NCBI GenBank assembly: GCA_017613015.1
Contig: JAGAEQ010000062.1
Coordinates: 874-64,873 of the forward strand
Source: Bacteroidales bacterium
GTDB taxonomy: Bacteria; Bacteroidota; Bacteroidia; Bacteroidales; WCHB1-69
DNA: 64,000 nucleotides
Direction of reading: 5' to 3'
Shown: positions 35,230 to 44,192 of the stretch, piece by piece
Numbering within the stretch: the first letter of the stretch is position 1
Layout of the letters: each line of letters opens with the position of its first letter
Program-made: the position numbers and the translations under genes
The notes under the pieces: generated by a model
The model's input: only the letters and a program-made list of their open reading frames with translations
What the model was told of the DNA's origin: nothing
Databases searched by the model: none

Positions 35230-35987
35230 AAATCTGTGTGCTGATTCCGACGTATAATAATGACCGCTCGGTGTGTGATGTCATTGACCGCATTTTGGCC
35301 GAGGGGGAGAAGGTTATTGTTGTGAACGACGGCAGCACAGACACCACCGGCACGAAACTGCTGCGTTATGAGGGCGATTCTCGGGTTGAAGTGGTGAGTT
35401 ACACTTCCAATCGGGGGAAAGGCTATGCGTTGTGCCGTGGCTTTGAGAAGGCTATGGCGTCGGGTTTTGACTATGTGGTGACACTTGATGCGGACGGGCA
35501 GCATTTGCCGACGGATGTTCCGCGTCTGAAAAAGGCGCTTGTGCAGCTGCTTGAACAGAAGGCTCCGAAGCGTGGGGTTATGGTTGTGGGATGCCGTAAT
35601 CTGAAGGCGGATGGCATGCCTGGGAGTAATACCTTTGCCAACCGTTTCTCCAATTTCTGGTTTTGTTTGCAGACACTTCATCGTTTGCCTGACACGCAGT
35701 CGGGATTCCGTATCTATGATTTGAAGCATTTGCCTGATATGCGCATGCTTACGGACAAATACGAGTGTGAGCTGGAACTGTTGGTTTATTCCGCCTGGCG
35801 CAGGGTGACGCTGGTGCCTGTTCCGGTGCAGGTGTACTATCCGCCCGAGGGTGAGCGGGTGTCGCATTTCCGCTTCTTTGCCGATTTCGCCCGTATTTCC
35901 CTGTTGAACACCGTGCTCTGCATCGCGGCCGTTTTCTACGGTTTGCCGGGTATGCTGATAAGAAAACTAATGGATTTGCGCAAATAA
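35226..35987 (+). CDS. family 2 glycosyltransferase (DPM1/GtrB/ArnC-like; ApeJ-like)
   Basis: 253 aa with VLIPTYNN, VNDGSTDTT and TLDADGQH (DxD), plus one C-terminal TM. ATGA overlap with the upstream gene. Confidence 0.85.
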   Translation: MKICVLIPTYNNDRSVCDVIDRILAEGEKVIVVNDGSTDTTGTKLLRYEGDSRVEVVSYTSNRGKGYALCRGFEKAMASGFDYVVTLDADGQHLPTDVPRLKKALVQLLEQKAPKRGVMVVGCRNLKADGMPGSNTFANRFSNFWFCLQTLHRLPDTQSGFRIYDLKHLPDMRMLTDKYECELELLVYSAWRRVTLVPVPVQVYYPPEGERVSHFRFFADFARISLLNTVLCIAAVFYGLPGMLIRKLMDLRK

Positions 35988-35989
35988 AG

Positions 35990-38900
35990 ATGGCACATTT
36001 ACTGCTCAACATATATGATTACCTTTCCAAACGCAAACCTTTGGCTGTGGCGCTGCTGCTGGCACTGTTGTTGTTGGGCGTTTTTTTGAGCCTCAGGTTG
36101 CGCTATGTGGAGGATGTCGCAGACTTCCTGCCGCAAAACGAAGCAAACCGTCGCTACACGTCGGTCTACAATAATTTGGGCGATCAGGGCGAGATTACGG
36201 TTATATTCCGGCTGGTTGACAGTTCGGCATGTTCTGGGGATTGGCAGCTGGCCTTGATGGATGCCGTGGATGTGTTCGGCCGGCAATGGGACAGTGTGGC
36301 TTCCGACGGCGCATTGGAAATGCCGGCACGCTGCCACAGCGATGACAGTCAGGTGTTCGACGCCATGGATTATATCCGTCAGCATGTGGCATTGTTCCTT
36401 ACCGCCGAAGACTATCAGCGCATGGATTCCTTGCTGCGCCCCGGTTATGTGGACAGCTGCATGGGCAATATCAGGCAGCTGATGGCCTTCCCTTTGGGGA
36501 GCGTGGCCGTGGAGGCGATTGCCAACGACCCCTTGAATTTGTTTTCTCCGGCACTCAAGCGGCTTTCTCAACTGAGCGTTTCAGACCGGTTCAGTGTTGT
36601 TGACGGCTATGTTTTTGATGAGGAGGGCCGGGCCTATGCCTTCCTTACGTCTCCTTATCCGTCCAGCGACACAAAGAACAACAGCCGTGTCAGTGAGAAA
36701 TTGGAGCAGGCCATGGACGGCACCATGAGCCAGTGCGGTGGTGTGTCCGTGTCGGCGGTGGGGGCGCCGCTGATAGCGGTCACCAATGCCCGTCAAATAA
36801 AGAAGGACAGTCTTGTTTCCATCCTCATGGCGGCCTTGCTGATAATGGGCATACTGATTTATGCCATGGGGCGTAAGCGCAATATCTTCTGGCTGGCTGC
36901 CTCGATTCTTTTCGGATGGCTTATGGCCTTGGCTGTCATTGCGCTCTTCAAAACGGAGATTTCCATTATTGTGATAGGTATAGGTTCGGTGCTGCTGGGC
37001 ATCGCGGTCAATTATCCGCTGCATTTTCTTGATCATCTTTGCGACCATCCCGACCGTCGGTCGGCATTAAAGGATATGATTGATCCGCTGCTTACGGGCA
37101 ATGTGACTACCGTCAGCGCTTTCGCATGTCTTTTGTTTGTCAAGGCCGAGGCGATGCGCGACTTGGGGCTTTTCGGGGCGTTGATGCTGGTGGGCACCAT
37201 AGTGTTCGTGATGGTGTTTCTCCCGCTGCTGGCCAAGCCTGGAAGAAGGGGGACAAAGGCTGGGACAGGGGAGGAACGCTGCCCTGTGTGTGTGGCGAGG
37301 CGCAAAGGCATGGGCCGGGGAATGTCGCTGGCGCTGTTTCTGCTGGTGTGTGCGGTGACAGGTGTTTTGGGGTATTTCAGCACCCGCACCTCGTTTGATT
37401 CCGACTTGCGTCATATCAACTACATGACCGGGCAGCAACGCGCCGATTTGCAATTGCTGAACAATGCCTTGGAAGACAAAGGCGGATTGCTCTATATTGT
37501 TTCAGAGGACACTACGCTTGACGGGGCTTTGGCATCCAACGAGAGGGTTCTCGCATCGCATCGTGACGTTATCCGTCAGGCCAACGGCCCTGTGGGCATA
37601 CTTCCTTCGATGGAGAGACAGCGGGAATCGTTGCGTGGGTGGAGTGAGTTCATGGGGCGGCATCCCGAATTGGCTGGCGAGGTCGTTTCCGCTGCCCGCA
37701 AGGCAGGTTTTGCCGAGGGGGCTTTTGATGACTTTCTGTCCCATTTGCGATGCGATTATGACCCGGTGCCGGTGGAAGAGATGGAGCGCTTGCAGGAAAT
37801 GTGCGGGACGTATTTGCTGAAGGGTGACAGCACTGTGAGAGTGGTGACTTTCGCACGGGTTGATGAGGCTGGGGCAAGTGGTCTCAAGGAGGCGGTCAAC
37901 AACGGTGGGGCGGCCAGTTTCGCATTTGACACGAGCGATGTGGGTTCCCATCTGGTGTCTGCCTTGAATGAGGATTTCAACTACATACTTTATGTGTGCG
38001 GTTTTGTGGTGTTCTTTTTCCTGTGGCTGTCATTGGGACGTCTGGAACTGGCCGTTTTGTCTTTTATTCCGTTGACGGTGGGCTGGTTGTGGATTCTTGG
38101 ACTGATGGATATTTTCGCTGTCAAGTTCAATATTGTCAATATTATACTCGCCACTTTCATATTTGGCCAGGGGGATGACTATACGATTTTCATCACGGAG
38201 GGCTTGATGTATGAATATGCCTATGGCCAACGGAGACTGAAGGGCTACAGGCGTAGTGTCATCCTGTCTGCGCTGCTGATGTTTGTGGGTATCGGAGCGT
38301 TGATTTTTGCCAAGCATCCTGCCATGCGGTCGCTGGCCGAGGTGGCTGTCATTGGCATGGCTACGGTGCTGCTTATGGCCTGTTACCTGCCGCCTCTGAT
38401 ATTCCGTTGGCTCACGGAGAAGAAGGGGAAATTGCGTGAAGTTCCGATGACATTCAAGCGTATCGTTCTCACTTTTTGGATATTGCTGGTGTTCTTTGTC
38501 GCCGCTTTTGTGCTGGTTACGCCCTATACAGTGGTGTATGGACTGATAGGGAAGGATACCGAAACCAAGCGCTTGCGCTTCCATCGGCTGATAAGCTTCT
38601 TTGCCGGGTGGGCTGTCCGTCATTTGCCGGGAGTGAACTACCGCCTGACAAATCCTGCGGGTGAGGACTTTGAAAAACCGGCGGTGATTATTGCGAACCA
38701 CCAGTCGCCCCTCGACTTGCTCTGTGTCCTCAGCCTGACCCCGAAAATGGTGATACTGACCAAGGATTGGGTGTGGAGAAATCCTGTTTACGGGATTATC
38801 ATCCGCTATGCGGAGTTTTGTTCTGTCAGCAACGGCTATGAGAGCAACTTCTCGAAACTGCGCTCGTTGATGGAGCGTGGCTATTCGGTGATGGTGTTTC

Positions 38901-39478
38901 CGGAAGGCACACGTTCGCTTGACGGACGTGTGGCGCGCTTCCGCAAAGGGGCCTTCCAATTGGCGCAGCAGTGCGGCGCGGATATAGTGCCGGTTTATTT
39001 GCATGGGACCAATCATGTGATGTCCAAAGGGGACGGCATGCTCCGCGACGGATCCATTGATGTCAGGGTGGGGACGCGCATTCCTGCCGCTGACATGAAG
39101 GACGGTAATGTCCGAGAGATGGCTTCGCGTATAAGGGAGGAGTTTGTGAAACAATACGAAGCGTTCTGCCAAGAGTTGGAGGACGAGCATTATTTCCTGC
39201 CATTGGTGCGGTATCAGTATGTGTACAAGGGTCGCGATGTCGCGCGACGCAGTCGCCGTACCCTCAAGATGTGGTTGCAGGACAATTCGCTCGAAATGCC
39301 TGGACAGGGCGAAGTGCCTCTTCTGAAGGCATTGGCGCATCCAGACAGGCAATTCGAGTATGTCTTTCATGACGAAGACGATTTTTTGGTGGCCAGCCAT
39401 TGTGCGGTCATGCCCCCCAATCTCCATTATCGTTTGGAGAAATCGGAACTGGAAGAAATGAAAGGAGGCGCAAAATGA
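35990..39478 (+). CDS. MMPL/RND-type exporter fused to a C-terminal PlsC-type acyltransferase
   Basis: 1162 aa. Residues 1 to ~815 form two 6-TM bundles with large loops (MMPL architecture). Residues ~820-1070 have a TM anchor, an HX4D box NHQSPLD (38696..38716) and FPEGTRS (38897..38917). Confidence 0.8.
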   Translation: MAHLLLNIYDYLSKRKPLAVALLLALLLLGVFLSLRLRYVEDVADFLPQNEANRRYTSVYNNLGDQGEITVIFRLVDSSACSGDWQLALMDAVDVFGRQWDSVASDGALEMPARCHSDDSQVFDAMDYIRQHVALFLTAEDYQRMDSLLRPGYVDSCMGNIRQLMAFPLGSVAVEAIANDPLNLFSPALKRLSQLSVSDRFSVVDGYVFDEEGRAYAFLTSPYPSSDTKNNSRVSEKLEQAMDGTMSQCGGVSVSAVGAPLIAVTNARQIKKDSLVSILMAALLIMGILIYAMGRKRNIFWLAASILFGWLMALAVIALFKTEISIIVIGIGSVLLGIAVNYPLHFLDHLCDHPDRRSALKDMIDPLLTGNVTTVSAFACLLFVKAEAMRDLGLFGALMLVGTIVFVMVFLPLLAKPGRRGTKAGTGEERCPVCVARRKGMGRGMSLALFLLVCAVTGVLGYFSTRTSFDSDLRHINYMTGQQRADLQLLNNALEDKGGLLYIVSEDTTLDGALASNERVLASHRDVIRQANGPVGILPSMERQRESLRGWSEFMGRHPELAGEVVSAARKAGFAEGAFDDFLSHLRCDYDPVPVEEMERLQEMCGTYLLKGDSTVRVVTFARVDEAGASGLKEAVNNGGAASFAFDTSDVGSHLVSALNEDFNYILYVCGFVVFFFLWLSLGRLELAVLSFIPLTVGWLWILGLMDIFAVKFNIVNIILATFIFGQGDDYTIFITEGLMYEYAYGQRRLKGYRRSVILSALLMFVGIGALIFAKHPAMRSLAEVAVIGMATVLLMACYLPPLIFRWLTEKKGKLREVPMTFKRIVLTFWILLVFFVAAFVLVTPYTVVYGLIGKDTETKRLRFHRLISFFAGWAVRHLPGVNYRLTNPAGEDFEKPAVIIANHQSPLDLLCVLSLTPKMVILTKDWVWRNPVYGIIIRYAEFCSVSNGYESNFSKLRSLMERGYSVMVFPEGTRSLDGRVARFRKGAFQLAQQCGADIVPVYLHGTNHVMSKGDGMLRDGSIDVRVGTRIPAADMKDGNVREMASRIREEFVKQYEAFCQELEDEHYFLPLVRYQYVYKGRDVARRSRRTLKMWLQDNSLEMPGQGEVPLLKALAHPDRQFEYVFHDEDDFLVASHCAVMPPNLHYRLEKSELEEMKGGAK

Positions 39479-42400
39479 ACAGGAAGTGTGTTGTTATAGG
39501 CAGCGGCTTGGGCGGTCTTTCCATGGGTGTTGTCCTCTCGCGTAGCGGATACGAGGTGACGGTGCTTGAGCAGTCGAATCAGATTGGAGGCTGTCTGCAA
39601 TGTTTTGAACGCGGTGACGCCAAATTTGAGACAGGAATGCACATGATCGGCAGTATGGATGAAGGCCAGGTCTTGTCACATTACCTGAATTTTTTGGGCA
39701 TTAAGGACAAAATAGAGCTGTCCCGTCTTGACACCAATGCTTACGATATTGTGAAGCTGCATGGCGAAAACTTTTCTTTTGCCAATGGGCATGAGGCGAT
39801 GGTTGAGCGTTTGGGCGCACGTTTCCCGAAAGAGAAGGACAATCTGGTCCGTTACTGGCAGCTGGTCGACCAGATTGCTGAAGCGACGCCCTATTATAGG
39901 TTGACGGGAATGAAACAGATAACGGACTATGACATTTCCCTTTTCACCCACAGCGTCAACGAAGTGCTTGATTCTGTCATCGGAGACCCCTTGTTGAAGG
40001 AGGTCCTTATGGGCAATATCGCGCTCTATGCGGCCCGTCGGGACCGCACACCCTTCTCTTCCCATGCCTTTATCAACGACTTCTATAACCGCAGCGCCTT
40101 CCGTATTGTAGGGGGCAGCGACAGCATAGTCAAGGCTCTTTCCGATGAAATAGAGGGGCATGGCGGTTCTATAAGGGTGCATAGCCGTGTGATACGGGCG
40201 CTTTGCAAGAATGGAGCGGTGGATGCGGTGGTCCTTGACAATGGGGAGATTATTCGCGGAGACCTCTTTATTTCAAGCATCCATCCTGCGTTGATGACGC
40301 AACTCTTTGTTGGCAAGGAGTTGCGACCGGCCTATATCCATCGCTTGCAGTCCATTGAAAACACTGTTTCGGTTTTTTCTCTCTTTGTCAAGTTCAGGCC
40401 CCATACGGTGCCTTATCTCAATTCCAACCATTATGTCTTTGTCAATGGCGGCCCATGGGACTTGGAGGATTATGATGACAACACTTGGCCGCGAGGCTAC
40501 ATCTACATGCACCGTTGCCATGAGAGGAATCCCCAGTACGCCGATACGGGTGTGATTATTGCCTATATGTCGGCAAACGAGCTTGCCAGATGGAGCGACA
40601 CGCGAGTGGGGCGCCGCGGTGACGCCTACGAGGCGTTCAAACGTGAGAAGGCAGCCAAACTGCTGGCGGTGGTGGAGCGTGATTTTCCGGGAATCATCGC
40701 CAATATTGAGCGGCAATATACCGCATCTCCGCTTACGTACCGTGACTATACGCTTACTCCCGGAGGGGCAATGTATGGCATGGTCAAGGATGTCACCTTA
40801 GGCATTGGCGGGAGAGTGTCCTATCGCACCAAATTGCCGAATCTCTTTCTGGTCGGACAGAATATCAAGGCGCACGGCATTCTTGGCGTTCTTGTGAGCA
40901 CGCTTGATGTCAGCTCCATTATTTTGGGCGAGGAGGAGGTGCGTCGCTCCATGCTTGAACGGAATGCCGCCTTGGGTCCCGCTTCCCCTTCTTTGCCGGA
41001 CAAAAACACTGTCCTTGTCATGGGGGGCGGCTTGGGTGGTTTGGTGTGCGGCGCGTTGCTGGCCAAGGAAGGGCGGCGGGTGACGGTGCTGGAAAAGAAC
41101 GGTACGGCCGGAGGCGGTCTGCTGTGCTTTCGTCGCCACGGAGTGAACTATCCCACCGGCATACATATTTTTGGAGGCTTTCGCCCCGGGGAGCAACTGT
41201 ACAAGATTTGCAGTTACTTGGGCATCCTTGACAAGTTGCGGTTTGTGGACATCCATACGGACACTTACGACGAAGTGGTCAGCCTGACCCATAACCGCCG
41301 TTACCGTCTGCCCAAAGGGCGTGAGGCTTATATGGCCTTTCTTTGCGAGACATTTCCCCATGCGACGGAGGAAATACACAATTATATGGATGCGCTTTAC
41401 CGTTTGGTGGAAGAGGAGGACTTGTTCTTTTTGCGTCCGCAAAACCATACGCCGTTCAACCATAGCAAAGAGTTCTTCTGGGCGGCGGACCAGTTTATCG
41501 CCCACTATATATCCGATCCTGAATTGCGGGAATTGTTCGGTTACCTGATACCGCTTTATGCGGGAGTGGCAAATGAGACACCGGCATACATACACGCTCT
41601 TATCAATATTTCTCATATTGAAGGCACTATGCAGTTTGCCGACGGCAGTCAGCAGTTTGCCGATGCGTTGATGGGTGTTATCGAGGCGGGGGGCGGCAAG
41701 GTGCTGTGCGGTGAGAAAATCACATCCTTCGCTATCAATGATGAACGTTGTATACGCGAGGTGTCCACCTCCAATGGCCACACCTATACTGCCGACACTT
41801 TCGTTAGCGATATACCGGTCACGGAACTTATCGGCATCGCCCCTCAGGGCGCGTTCCCTCGCTCGTTTCGCAATCGCATGGCGGAAGCCCCCAACAGTTA
41901 TTCGTCTTTCAAAGTGTATCTTCGCCTGAAGGATGGGGAGGTTCCCTTCACCCATTCCACGACCTTCTGTTCCAAGGGAGAACGCAATGTCTGGAATCAG
42001 TTCGATGGGGGGGAGGCCGTATGGCCGCAACTGATGATGTTTATTGCCCATCCGGACAGCACGGGCCGTTTTGTACAGGCAATCACTATCATCAGTCCCA
42101 TGTTGTTCGACTATGTCCGTCAGTGGGAGCACACCACTGTTGGGCATCGCGGGGACGATTATCTCGAATGGAAGCGTCTCAAGACAGAACAGCTGATAGA
42201 CTTTCTTGACAGGGTGGAGCCCGGCATCCGTCGTCACATAGATGCTGTAGAGGCTTCATCACCCCTTACCATCCGTGATTATTACGGGAACAGGGAGGGC
42301 TTTATGTTTGGCCTTCATCGTGACGTCAACCATATCATGCGGTCGCAATTATCAATAAACACTAAACTTAAGAATCTCTTTCTGACAGGACAATGGGTGA

Positions 42401-42507
42401 ATATCCATGGCCTTTGCGGTGTGTCCCTGTCGGCGGTCTCTACAGTGGAGACTGTTTTGAACGACAGTATGTTGCGCACACGTATCCGTCATTCGTCAGA
42501 AGTATAA
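39475..42507 (+). CDS. tandem double CrtI/phytoene-desaturase-like FAD oxidoreductase
   Basis: ATG 39475 (ATGA overlap); the track start at 39400 lies inside the upstream gene. 1010 aa with two Rossmann dinucleotide motifs: VVIGSGLGGLSMGVVLSRSGYEVTVLEQ and VLVMGGGLGGLVCGALLAKEGRRVTVLEK. Each half ends in ...NLFL(V/T)GQ...HG...GV. Confidence 0.8.
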   Translation: MNRKCVVIGSGLGGLSMGVVLSRSGYEVTVLEQSNQIGGCLQCFERGDAKFETGMHMIGSMDEGQVLSHYLNFLGIKDKIELSRLDTNAYDIVKLHGENFSFANGHEAMVERLGARFPKEKDNLVRYWQLVDQIAEATPYYRLTGMKQITDYDISLFTHSVNEVLDSVIGDPLLKEVLMGNIALYAARRDRTPFSSHAFINDFYNRSAFRIVGGSDSIVKALSDEIEGHGGSIRVHSRVIRALCKNGAVDAVVLDNGEIIRGDLFISSIHPALMTQLFVGKELRPAYIHRLQSIENTVSVFSLFVKFRPHTVPYLNSNHYVFVNGGPWDLEDYDDNTWPRGYIYMHRCHERNPQYADTGVIIAYMSANELARWSDTRVGRRGDAYEAFKREKAAKLLAVVERDFPGIIANIERQYTASPLTYRDYTLTPGGAMYGMVKDVTLGIGGRVSYRTKLPNLFLVGQNIKAHGILGVLVSTLDVSSIILGEEEVRRSMLERNAALGPASPSLPDKNTVLVMGGGLGGLVCGALLAKEGRRVTVLEKNGTAGGGLLCFRRHGVNYPTGIHIFGGFRPGEQLYKICSYLGILDKLRFVDIHTDTYDEVVSLTHNRRYRLPKGREAYMAFLCETFPHATEEIHNYMDALYRLVEEEDLFFLRPQNHTPFNHSKEFFWAADQFIAHYISDPELRELFGYLIPLYAGVANETPAYIHALINISHIEGTMQFADGSQQFADALMGVIEAGGGKVLCGEKITSFAINDERCIREVSTSNGHTYTADTFVSDIPVTELIGIAPQGAFPRSFRNRMAEAPNSYSSFKVYLRLKDGEVPFTHSTTFCSKGERNVWNQFDGGEAVWPQLMMFIAHPDSTGRFVQAITIISPMLFDYVRQWEHTTVGHRGDDYLEWKRLKTEQLIDFLDRVEPGIRRHIDAVEASSPLTIRDYYGNREGFMFGLHRDVNHIMRSQLSINTKLKNLFLTGQWVNIHGLCGVSLSAVSTVETVLNDSMLRTRIRHSSEV

Positions 42508-42520
42508 AGTCAGATGCAAT

Positions 42521-43813
42521 ATGGACTCGATTAAACTGAAACTGATTTATCCAAAGTGGAAAAAGCTTCCAGGGCAGACCACTTTTAATTTGCCTCCTCA
42601 CGGGCCAGTGGCCTTTGCCGCCACACTGCCCGATTATGTGGATATAGATTTTGTGGATGAGAATGTGGAGGATCTCAATTTTGACGATGCTTGTGATGTG
42701 GTGGCGCTTTCCACCATGCTCTCCTCCCAAGTGAAGCGTGCTTGGGAGATTGCCGATGAATACCACAAACGGGGCAAGAAGGTGCTTGCCGGAGGCATCA
42801 GCGCCATGCTGCATGCCGAGGAGTTTGTCAACCACGTGGACAGTCTTTTTCTTGGGGAGAGTGAAGGACGTTCCGAACAGGTGATTCTCGATTGGAAGAA
42901 CGACTGTCTCAAGAAAGTGTATAACTATATGGGTAACATGCCTCCCATTGAGATGGTCGGTCCCTGTCGGCGGGACTTGTACAAACGCGACCTTTACAAT
43001 CACAAGGGGGTCCAAATGGTTGATCTTTTCCATGCTTCGCGCGGTTGTCGCTTTTCATGCTATCCCTGTGCGGTTTCTTACCTCGGCGGTCGCAAATTCC
43101 GTCCGCGTCCCATTGACAAGGTGGTCGAGGACATGGCTTCCATAGACAACAACCGTCTCTTTATTGTCGATAACTCGCTTGCGCAGGATAAGGAGTGGGA
43201 AAAGGAGCTTTTCCGGGCCATTGCCCCGCTCAAGAAAAAATGGATATCCCATACCATTGAGGATGACCCTGAAGTTCTTGACCTTGCAGCCAAAGCCGGA
43301 GCATGGTATGTTTATCAGGCGGTCTACGACACTTCCGAGTACATCAAGGAACGTGTCAAACGTTATCACGACTACGGCATCGGAGTGGAGGGCACCATTC
43401 TTCTCGGCCTTGATAACCAAACGGTGGATGACTGTAAGCGTCTCGTTGATTTTTTGGGTGAAATTGATCTTGACCTTGCAGAGTTCACCATCATGACGCC
43501 GTTCCCGCACACCAAGGCCTATGATGACTATCTCCGCCAGGGGCGTATCTTCGATTTTGACTGGAACCATTATAATGCGGGCCAGGTGGTGTTCCAGCCC
43601 GCTCAGATGACGCCGGAAGAACTACAGGATGTCTATGACTATGCATGGAAGAGCTTCTATGCTTCCGAAACACAGGAGTCCAAGATGTTTCGCCTCTTTT
43701 GCAATGTGGCGCTGCGCGAAATGGAAGAAGGCACGTATCGTCCGCGCAATCGCGTTCTCGCCAACAAATCTTTTGGCAAGCAAGTGGTGCGCAACATTAA
43801 ACAGGGACATTAA
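42521..43813 (+). CDS. B12-binding-domain radical SAM protein
   Basis: 430 aa. The N-terminal Rossmann-like region is typical of class B rSAM. CX3CX2C motif in ASRGCRFSCYPC (43046..43069). Confidence 0.85.
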   Translation: MDSIKLKLIYPKWKKLPGQTTFNLPPHGPVAFAATLPDYVDIDFVDENVEDLNFDDACDVVALSTMLSSQVKRAWEIADEYHKRGKKVLAGGISAMLHAEEFVNHVDSLFLGESEGRSEQVILDWKNDCLKKVYNYMGNMPPIEMVGPCRRDLYKRDLYNHKGVQMVDLFHASRGCRFSCYPCAVSYLGGRKFRPRPIDKVVEDMASIDNNRLFIVDNSLAQDKEWEKELFRAIAPLKKKWISHTIEDDPEVLDLAAKAGAWYVYQAVYDTSEYIKERVKRYHDYGIGVEGTILLGLDNQTVDDCKRLVDFLGEIDLDLAEFTIMTPFPHTKAYDDYLRQGRIFDFDWNHYNAGQVVFQPAQMTPEELQDVYDYAWKSFYASETQESKMFRLFCNVALREMEEGTYRPRNRVLANKSFGKQVVRNIKQGH

Positions 43814-43832
43814 CTTTTCGAAAACAGATCCA

Positions 43833-44192
43833 ATGAAGGTATCAGAAGATTATTACGATGAGGTGTTTGAGTTCAAGGGACAATGGGATGTTCCTTCGAC
43901 TTGCGGACTGAAAATCAAGTCTATCAACGGCAAGACCCATGTTATTGTCACGGAGCTCTATCAGGATAATCCCGGCACGTCGGTCACCTATGCCGGTCGT
44001 TCGCTGGCAGAGCAGGTGTGTGAGCGCAAGGGCTTGCATATTGATGATATTGTTTACATTGAGTGCAATCCTGACACCCATTCCAAGTTGTCGTTCTATG
44101 ATGAGGAGTTTTTTGAGGTGGATTACAATGCGGACCCCCAGCATCGTTACCGCCGATTGTCCGATGAGGAGGTGAAAACACTTAAGCAATGA
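43833..44192 (+). CDS. hypothetical 119-aa cytoplasmic protein
   Basis: ATG 43833 (MKVSEDYYDEVFEFKGQW...); the track ORF 43629.. overlaps the rSAM gene. No signal peptide or motif recognised. The stop overlaps the next start (ATGA). Confidence 0.5.
   Translation: MKVSEDYYDEVFEFKGQWDVPSTCGLKIKSINGKTHVIVTELYQDNPGTSVTYAGRSLAEQVCERKGLHIDDIVYIECNPDTHSKLSFYDEEFFEVDYNADPQHRYRRLSDEEVKTLKQ

Noticed and set aside
39400-39474. N-terminal extensions offered by the ORF track. Examples: 39400 for the CrtI-like gene, 43629 for the 119-aa ORF, 22828 for the ammonia-lyase and 1791 for nusB. Others: 8233 for yggS, 54492 for der, 59482 for korA and 47920 for the ligase.
   Set aside because: The extensions overlap the preceding gene or the promoter box. 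Several begin at GTG/TTG codons (22828, 29587, 31607, 53203, 58699). The extra residues are not family-like. Internal ATGs that restore typical N-termini were used instead.
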